Positions 58,244 to 64,000 of a stretch of DNA of 64,000 nucleotides are shown in pieces (positions within the stretch are counted from its first letter, which is position 1; every line of letters starts with the position of its first letter). The notes under the pieces were generated by a model. That model saw only the letters and a list, made by a program, of their open reading frames with translations, was not told the origin of the DNA and searched no databases. This DNA comes from Pseudomonadota bacterium. GTDB lineage: Bacteria > Pseudomonadota > Gammaproteobacteria > SURF-13. The translations under genes and the position numbers were made by a program. Location of the stretch: positions 442-64,441 of the forward strand of contig JAQBXX010000004.1 of NCBI GenBank assembly GCA_027624315.1. The letters are read 5' to 3'.

Positions 58244-60417
58244 AACGCCCCGCCTCCGGCGTCGCACTCATGGTCGCGCTGTTCGCGCTCCTGCTCGTGT
58301 CGCTGTATCAGATGAGCGCGATCACGGAAAACTCCGCGCAATTCGGGCGGCTGTTCCTGCAACTGCTGGTGGTCAATGCGCTCGGTCTGCTGGTGCTCGC
58401 GGTGCTGATCGCCGTCAACCTCGTGCGCCTCATGCGGCAATACCGTGCGGGCGTTGCAGGCTCACGCCTCACGCTACGCCTGCTGGTGATGTTCATCGTG
58501 CTGGCCGTGGCGCCGGTGTCCGTGGTGTTTTATTTTTCGGTCGGCTTTTTGCATCGCGGCATCGACAGCTGGTTCGATGTGCGCGTCGAGCAGGCGCTCG
58601 GCAACGCGCTCGATCTTTCCCGCGCCGCGCTCGACATGCGCATGCGCGAACTGCTCAAACAAACCGAACGTGCGGCGCAGGAGCTGACCAGCGTGGCAGA
58701 TGCCGAAGCGGCGGTGCCGCTGAATGACCTGCGTGCACGCAGCGGCGCCGATGAATTGACTTTGCTCACACAGAAGGGCCGTGTCATCGCCTCCAGCAGT
58801 TTCGACGCATCGGCGCTGGTGCCCGACCTGCCACGCGAGGCCATACTGCTGCAATTGCGCCAGGGCAAGAACTACGTGGGGCTGGACCCGGTGCGCGACA
58901 GCGGGCTGCACGTGCGTGTCGCCGTGGCAACGCCCGCGGGCACGCCCACCGCTGAAGGCCGCGTGTTGCAGGCCCTGTTTCCGGTCGCCGAACGCATGAG
59001 CAGGCTCGCCGACACAGTGCAGTCGGCCTACGCCCAATACAAACAGCTCGCCTATCTGCGCACGCCGCTGAAATACAGCTTCACGCTCACGCTCTCGCTG
59101 GTGCTGGCGTTCAGTCTGCTCGCCGCGCTGTGGGCGGCGTTTTTTTCCGCGCGGCGGCTGGTGGCGCCGATCCGCGATCTCGCCGAAGGTACGCGCGCGG
59201 TGGCGGCGGGCAATTACGACACGCGCCTGCCGGTGCCCGGTAACGATGAGTTGGGATTTCTGGTGCAGTCGTTCAACGACATGACGCGGCGCGTGGCGCT
59301 CGCGCGCGACGATGTGAAGCTCAGCCAGCAACTGGCGGAGGCGCAGCGCGCCTATCTCGCGACATTGCTGGAGCGTCTGTCCTCGGGCGTTATGACCGTG
59401 GACCGGCAGGGCATGCTGCGCACCGCCAATGCCGCCGCAGGCCACTTGCTGGGGGTTGATCTCAGCGCCGGCGGCACACTGGCGCGCCTCGCCGACGAGC
59501 AGCCGCAGTTGCAACCGTTTGTGGACACGCTGCGTCAGCACGTGCAGGCGCCGGACACGGAGTGGCGCGCGGAGATTATTCTGCCAACGGCGGGTGCGGG
59601 GCAGCGCGTGTTTGTGTGCCGCGGCACGCCGCTGCCCGGCGTAGGGACGGCGCCCGCCGATCATCTGGTGGTGTTCGACGATGTGACCACGCTGGTGCAG
59701 GCGCAGCGTGACGCGGCGTGGGGCGAGGTGGCGCGGCGTCTGGCGCACGAATTCCGCAATCCGCTCACGCCGATCCAGCTCTCCGCCGAGCGCCTGCGCC
59801 ACAAATATCTCAAGACCATGGATGCGAAGGACGCCGAAGTGCTGGACCGGCTCACCCACACCATCGTGCAGCAGGTGGAGGTGATGAAGGAGATGGTGAA
59901 CGCCTTCGCCGAATACGCGCGCACGCCGCAGATGCACCCGCGCCTGCTCGATCTCAATCAGCTGGTGAGCGAGGTGCTCGATCTCTATCGCGGCGACACC
60001 CGCGGCGCGCAGTTCGAGACACACCTCGACGCAGGCCTGCCGCAGATCGAGGCCGATAACGGCCGCCTGCGCCAGTTGCTGCACAATCTCATCAAGAACT
60101 CGCTTGAGGCCATGGCCGGTGTGCACATCAGCGTGAGCACGCGGTGCGCGGAAGACACGCGCTGCCGCACCGTCGAACTGTGTGTGCAGGACAGCGGGCC
60201 CGGTATTCCCGAGGAGATCCGCGCGCAGTTGTTCGAGCCCTACGTGACCACCAAGCCCAAGGGGACCGGCCTCGGGCTCGCCATCGTGAAAAAGATCGTG
60301 GAGGAGCACGGCGGCACGCTGATCGCGGACAGCCCGCCCGAGGGCGGCACCCGCATGATCGTGCGTCTGCCGGTGGCGGCGGGCGATGCAGGCCTCATGC
60401 GGGAAGGCGCGGCATGA
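58225..60417 (+). CDS. NtrY-like sensor histidine kinase (HAMP-PAS-HisKA-HATPase)
   Basis: AWGEVARRLAHEFRNPLTPIQLSAERL, DSGPG, GTGLGL. Confidence 0.92.
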   Translation: MAITALKRPASGVALMVALFALLLVSLYQMSAITENSAQFGRLFLQLLVVNALGLLVLAVLIAVNLVRLMRQYRAGVAGSRLTLRLLVMFIVLAVAPVSVVFYFSVGFLHRGIDSWFDVRVEQALGNALDLSRAALDMRMRELLKQTERAAQELTSVADAEAAVPLNDLRARSGADELTLLTQKGRVIASSSFDASALVPDLPREAILLQLRQGKNYVGLDPVRDSGLHVRVAVATPAGTPTAEGRVLQALFPVAERMSRLADTVQSAYAQYKQLAYLRTPLKYSFTLTLSLVLAFSLLAALWAAFFSARRLVAPIRDLAEGTRAVAAGNYDTRLPVPGNDELGFLVQSFNDMTRRVALARDDVKLSQQLAEAQRAYLATLLERLSSGVMTVDRQGMLRTANAAAGHLLGVDLSAGGTLARLADEQPQLQPFVDTLRQHVQAPDTEWRAEIILPTAGAGQRVFVCRGTPLPGVGTAPADHLVVFDDVTTLVQAQRDAAWGEVARRLAHEFRNPLTPIQLSAERLRHKYLKTMDAKDAEVLDRLTHTIVQQVEVMKEMVNAFAEYARTPQMHPRLLDLNQLVSEVLDLYRGDTRGAQFETHLDAGLPQIEADNGRLRQLLHNLIKNSLEAMAGVHISVSTRCAEDTRCRTVELCVQDSGPGIPEEIRAQLFEPYVTTKPKGTGLGLAIVKKIVEEHGGTLIADSPPEGGTRMIVRLPVAAGDAGLMREGAA

Positions 60418-61805
60418 CGGCGGCGTATATCCTGGTGGTGGATGACGAGCCGGACATCCGCCGTCTGGTGCAGGAAATCCTGCAAGACGAAGGTTACGAG
60501 GTGAGCGTGGCCGAAAGCGGTTCGGCGGCCCGGGAGGCGCGGCGCGCGCGGCGGCCCGATCTCACGCTGCTCGACATCTGGATGCCGGACATCGACGGCA
60601 TCTCACTGCTCAAGGAATGGGGCGAAGGCGGCGTGTTGTCGTCGCCGGTCATCATGATGTCCGGTCACGGCACCGTGGAGACGGCGGTGGAGGCGACGCG
60701 CCTCGGCGCCTACGACTTCATCGAAAAACCGTTGTCGATGGCAAAGCTGCTGCTCACGGTCGAGCGTGCGCTCGAGGCCGACCGCCTGCGCCGGGAAAAC
60801 ATCGGCCTGCGCCGCCATGCGCAGCCGGTCGCCGAACCGCTCGGCAAGAGCGCGGTGATGCAGCAACTGCGCGAACAGGTGCGGCGCATCGCGCAGCATG
60901 AGACCTGGGTGCTGGTCACCGGTGAGCCGGGCAGCGGCAAGGAAGTAGCGGCGCGCTATCTGCACATGCAGAGCCCGCGCCGCGCGGGGCCGTTCGTCGA
61001 GGTGGGCGTCGCCGCCATCGCGCGCGAAAATTCCGCAGTCGAGCTGTTCGGCAGCGAGGCGGGCGACAAGATTCACTTCGGCCATCTGGAGCAGGCGAGC
61101 GGCGGCACGCTGTTTCTGGACGAGATCGGCGACATGGACAGCGCCACGCAGGCGCGCCTGTTGTCCGCGCTGGAAAACCGCACCTTCCTGCGCGTCGGCG
61201 GCACGCAGCCGGTGGCGGTGAACGTCCGCGTCGTCGCCGCCACGCATCGAGACTTGCAGCAGGAGGTGCAGGCCGGGCGCTTCCGCGAAGATTTGTACTA
61301 TCACCTCAACGTGGTGCCGTTGCGCGTGCCTGCGTTGCGCGAGCACAGCGAGGATGTGCCGGAGCTGCTGAATTACTACGTCAACGGGTTCGTCAATCAG
61401 GAGGGCCTGCCCTACCGCAGCTTCAGCGTCGCCGCGCAGAACCGCTTGCGCAATTACCCGTGGCGGGGCAATATCCGCGAACTGCGCAATCTGGTGCAGC
61501 GCCTGCTGATTCTTGGCAGCGGCGCCGAGATTGCCCTGGAAGAGGTAGAGGTGGCGCTGGGCGCAGCCCCGCGCGCGCCGGCAGGAACGCCGCCGCTCTT
61601 CAGCGCGAAAGACGATTTTGATCTGCCGCTGCGCGAAGCGCGCGACCAGTTTGAAAAGGCCTACTTCGAACATCAATTGCGCAAAACCGGCGGCAGTATC
61701 GGCAAGGTGGCGACGCTGGCCGGCATGGAGCGTACGCATTTGTACCGCAAATTGCGCGCGCTCGGCATTGATGTGCGGCAGTTGAAAGAACCAGAGCAAA
61801 AATAA
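60414..61805 (+). CDS. NtrX-like response regulator (REC-AAA-HTH)
   Basis: [39 protein letters not shown]. Confidence 0.92.
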   Translation: MTAAYILVVDDEPDIRRLVQEILQDEGYEVSVAESGSAAREARRARRPDLTLLDIWMPDIDGISLLKEWGEGGVLSSPVIMMSGHGTVETAVEATRLGAYDFIEKPLSMAKLLLTVERALEADRLRRENIGLRRHAQPVAEPLGKSAVMQQLREQVRRIAQHETWVLVTGEPGSGKEVAARYLHMQSPRRAGPFVEVGVAAIARENSAVELFGSEAGDKIHFGHLEQASGGTLFLDEIGDMDSATQARLLSALENRTFLRVGGTQPVAVNVRVVAATHRDLQQEVQAGRFREDLYYHLNVVPLRVPALREHSEDVPELLNYYVNGFVNQEGLPYRSFSVAAQNRLRNYPWRGNIRELRNLVQRLLILGSGAEIALEEVEVALGAAPRAPAGTPPLFSAKDDFDLPLREARDQFEKAYFEHQLRKTGGSIGKVATLAGMERTHLYRKLRALGIDVRQLKEPEQK

Positions 61806-61818
61806 TGGGCACCTCGAC

Positions 61819-63192
61819 ATGAAAATTATTATTCTAGGCGCGGGCCAGGTCGGTTCCTCAGTCGCCGCCAATCTGGTGAGTGAGGCCAACGACATCACCG
61901 TGGTGGACAGTGACGCCAAACGCCTGCAGGAACTTCAGGTGCGCTTCGATCTGCGCACGGTGCAGGGGCATGCCTCGCATCCGGAGGTATTGCAGCGCGC
62001 CGGGGCGGAGGACGCGGACATCCTCCTCGCCGTCACCAACAGCGATGAAACCAATATGGTGGCCTGTCAGGTGGCGCATACCCTGTTTCATACGCCCACC
62101 AAGATCGCGCGTGTGCGCGCCCAGGAATATCTTTCTTATCCGCAGCTCTTCACGCCGAAGGCGTTTCCCATAGATGTGCTCATCAGCCCCGAGCGGCTCG
62201 TTACCGATTATGTGCAACACCTGATCGAATATCCCGGCGCGCTGCAAGTGCTCGATTTCGCCGGTGGGCGCGTGCAGCTGGTCGCGGTCAAGGCGTACTA
62301 CGGCGGCCCCCTGGTCGGGCGCGAACTGCGCGAACTGCGCGAGCACATGCCGAATGTGGAGACGCGCGTGGTGGCGATCTACCGGCGCGGCCAGTCCGTG
62401 GTGCCGCAGGGCGTCACCGTGATCGAGGCCGATGACGAGGTGTTTTTCATCGCGGCGACCCAGCACTGCCGCGCCGTGATGAGCGAGCTGCGCCGCCTCG
62501 ACCAGCCCTACAAGCGCATCATGATTGCGGGCGGCGGCAACATCGGCAAGCGTCTCGCCACCGTGCTGGAGAATGACTATCAGGTCAAGCTCATTGAGCA
62601 CAATCCGACACGTGCGCGTGCCATTTCCGAGGAACTGCACAACACCACGGTGCTTGAGGGCGATGCCACTGACGAAGAGCTGCTGCTGCAGGAGAATATC
62701 GAGGACATCGACATTTTCTGCGCGCTCACCAACGACGATGAGGACAACATCCTCTCCGCCATGCTTGCCAAGCGCATGGGCGCGCGCAAGGTGATGGCGC
62801 TCATCAATCGCGCGAGCTATGTGGACTTGATGGAAAGCGGCAGCATTGATATTGCGATCTCGCCGCAGCAGGCGATGATCGGAACCCTGCTGGCGCATGT
62901 GCGGCGTGGTGACGTCGCTGTGGTGCATTCGCTGCGGCGCGGCGCGGCAGAGGCCATCGAGGCGGTGGCGCATGGCGACAGCCGTTCCTCCAGGGTGGCG
63001 GGCCGCTCCATCGAAGACATCAAGCTGCCGGCCGGCACCACCATCGGCGCCATTGTGCGCGGCGACGAGGTGATCATCGCGCACCATGACACCGTGATCC
63101 AGCCGGAAGACCATGTGATCCTGTTTCTGGTCGACAAAAAACGCATCTCCGAAGTCGAGCGCCTGTTCCAGGTGGGTGTGACGTTTATTTAA
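61819..63192 (+). CDS. trkA: Trk potassium uptake protein TrkA
   Basis: [30 protein letters not shown]. Confidence 0.96.
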   Translation: MKIIILGAGQVGSSVAANLVSEANDITVVDSDAKRLQELQVRFDLRTVQGHASHPEVLQRAGAEDADILLAVTNSDETNMVACQVAHTLFHTPTKIARVRAQEYLSYPQLFTPKAFPIDVLISPERLVTDYVQHLIEYPGALQVLDFAGGRVQLVAVKAYYGGPLVGRELRELREHMPNVETRVVAIYRRGQSVVPQGVTVIEADDEVFFIAATQHCRAVMSELRRLDQPYKRIMIAGGGNIGKRLATVLENDYQVKLIEHNPTRARAISEELHNTTVLEGDATDEELLLQENIEDIDIFCALTNDDEDNILSAMLAKRMGARKVMALINRASYVDLMESGSIDIAISPQQAMIGTLLAHVRRGDVAVVHSLRRGAAEAIEAVAHGDSRSSRVAGRSIEDIKLPAGTTIGAIVRGDEVIIAHHDTVIQPEDHVILFLVDKKRISEVERLFQVGVTFI

Positions 63193-63193
63193 T

Positions 63194-63313
63194 GCAGTGG
63201 CGAGTAGCTAGTGGCGAGTTGCGAGTAATGAGGATTTATTGTTCATGGATATTCCTGATGAATAAGCTTGGGAAGCAGTCCCTCGCTACTAGCCACTAGC
63301 TACTAGCCACTGC
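63194..63313. repeat. Heptamer inverted-array element
   Basis: GCAGTGGCGAGTAGCTAGTGGCGAGTTGCGAGT ... CTCGCTACTAGCCACTAGCTACTAGCCACTGC. Confidence 0.87.
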
Positions 63314-63317
63314 CTTT

Positions 63318-64000
63318 ATGCAATTCACCGTCATTCAACGCATCATGGGCCTGCTGCTGATGCTGTTCAGCATCACCATGCTGCCGCCGCTGCTGCTTGC
63401 CTGGTTCCGTTATGACGGGACGATAGAGGCCTTTTTGTGGTCGTACGGCATTACGCTCGTCAGCGGTTTGCTGCTGTGGCTGCCGGTGCGCGCCGTTAAA
63501 AAAGAGCTGCGCCTGCGCGATGGCTTTGTGATCGTGAGCCTGTTCTGGGCGCTGCTCGCCTTGTTCGGTGCGCTGCCGTTCATGTTCGCGCACGATACGG
63601 CAACATTTGCCGACGCCTACTTTGAAACCATGTCCGGTCTGACCACCACCGGCTCCACTGTGCTGGTCGGGCTGGATCAGTTGCCCATATCTATCAATCT
63701 GTGGCGCGGGATTTTGCAGTTTCTGGGCGGCATGGGCATCGTGGTATTGGCGGTGGCCATCCTGCCCATGCTGGGTGTGGGCGGTATGCAGCTTTACAAG
63801 GCCGAAACGCCGGGCCCGATGAAGGACAGCAAACTCACGCCGCGCATCAAGGAAACCGCCAAGGCGCTGTGGTATATCTACGTCGGCCTCGTGGTGTTGT
63901 GTGCCGCCGCCCTCTGGCTCGCGGGCATGACGCCGTTCGACGCCATTTTTCACAGCTTCACGGCGGTGGCGACCGGCGGCTTTTCCACCCACGATGCGGG
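63318..64000 (+). CDS. trkH: Trk potassium uptake permease TrkH (partial, runs off the window)
   Basis: In-frame FETMSGLTTTGST, QFLGGMGI, KLTPRIKETAK, ATGGFS. Confidence 0.93.
   Translation, partial: MQFTVIQRIMGLLLMLFSITMLPPLLLAWFRYDGTIEAFLWSYGITLVSGLLLWLPVRAVKKELRLRDGFVIVSLFWALLALFGALPFMFAHDTATFADAYFETMSGLTTTGSTVLVGLDQLPISINLWRGILQFLGGMGIVVLAVAILPMLGVGGMQLYKAETPGPMKDSKLTPRIKETAKALWYIYVGLVVLCAAALWLAGMTPFDAIFHSFTAVATGGFSTHDA

Overview
GC-rich, gammaproteobacterial-type chromosomal window (taxon inferred from gene order only), mostly housekeeping: ychF-pth-rplY-prs-tRNAGln-ispE-lolB-TPR / hemA-prfA-prmC-moeB-tldD, argFD, an NAGGN-type amidotransferase, pstSCAB-phoU, rpe-gph-trpEGDC, speD, coq7, a NodIJ-like ABC pair, rplM-rpsI-tRNAGln, a small accessory patch (SEC-C gene, Phd-VapC, porin, HicBA), a CysB-controlled sulfate assimilation operon, topA-smg-dprA-LysM / def-fmt-rsmB-DUF4390-ntrYX-trkAH. 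The unusual content is at least six families of small interspersed palindromic elements. (1) Seven 7-bp-unit inverted arrays abut stop codons, and one encloses a four-helix-bundle (IVS/Avd-like) gene. (2) Six empty 8-bp-unit inverted arrays. (3) Four ~145-195 bp MITEs supply SD, stop or start signals. (4) A 48-bp GGA-loop module is nested in a MITE and inserted in frame in topA; a multi-hairpin element shares the same CsrA-like loops. (5) A CCCTCTCCC-type palindrome family has one copy in frame in prmC. (6) GTAG-type REP doublets. No transposase, integrase, rRNA or CRISPR array was seen. All protein assignments come from motif recognition, not database searches.
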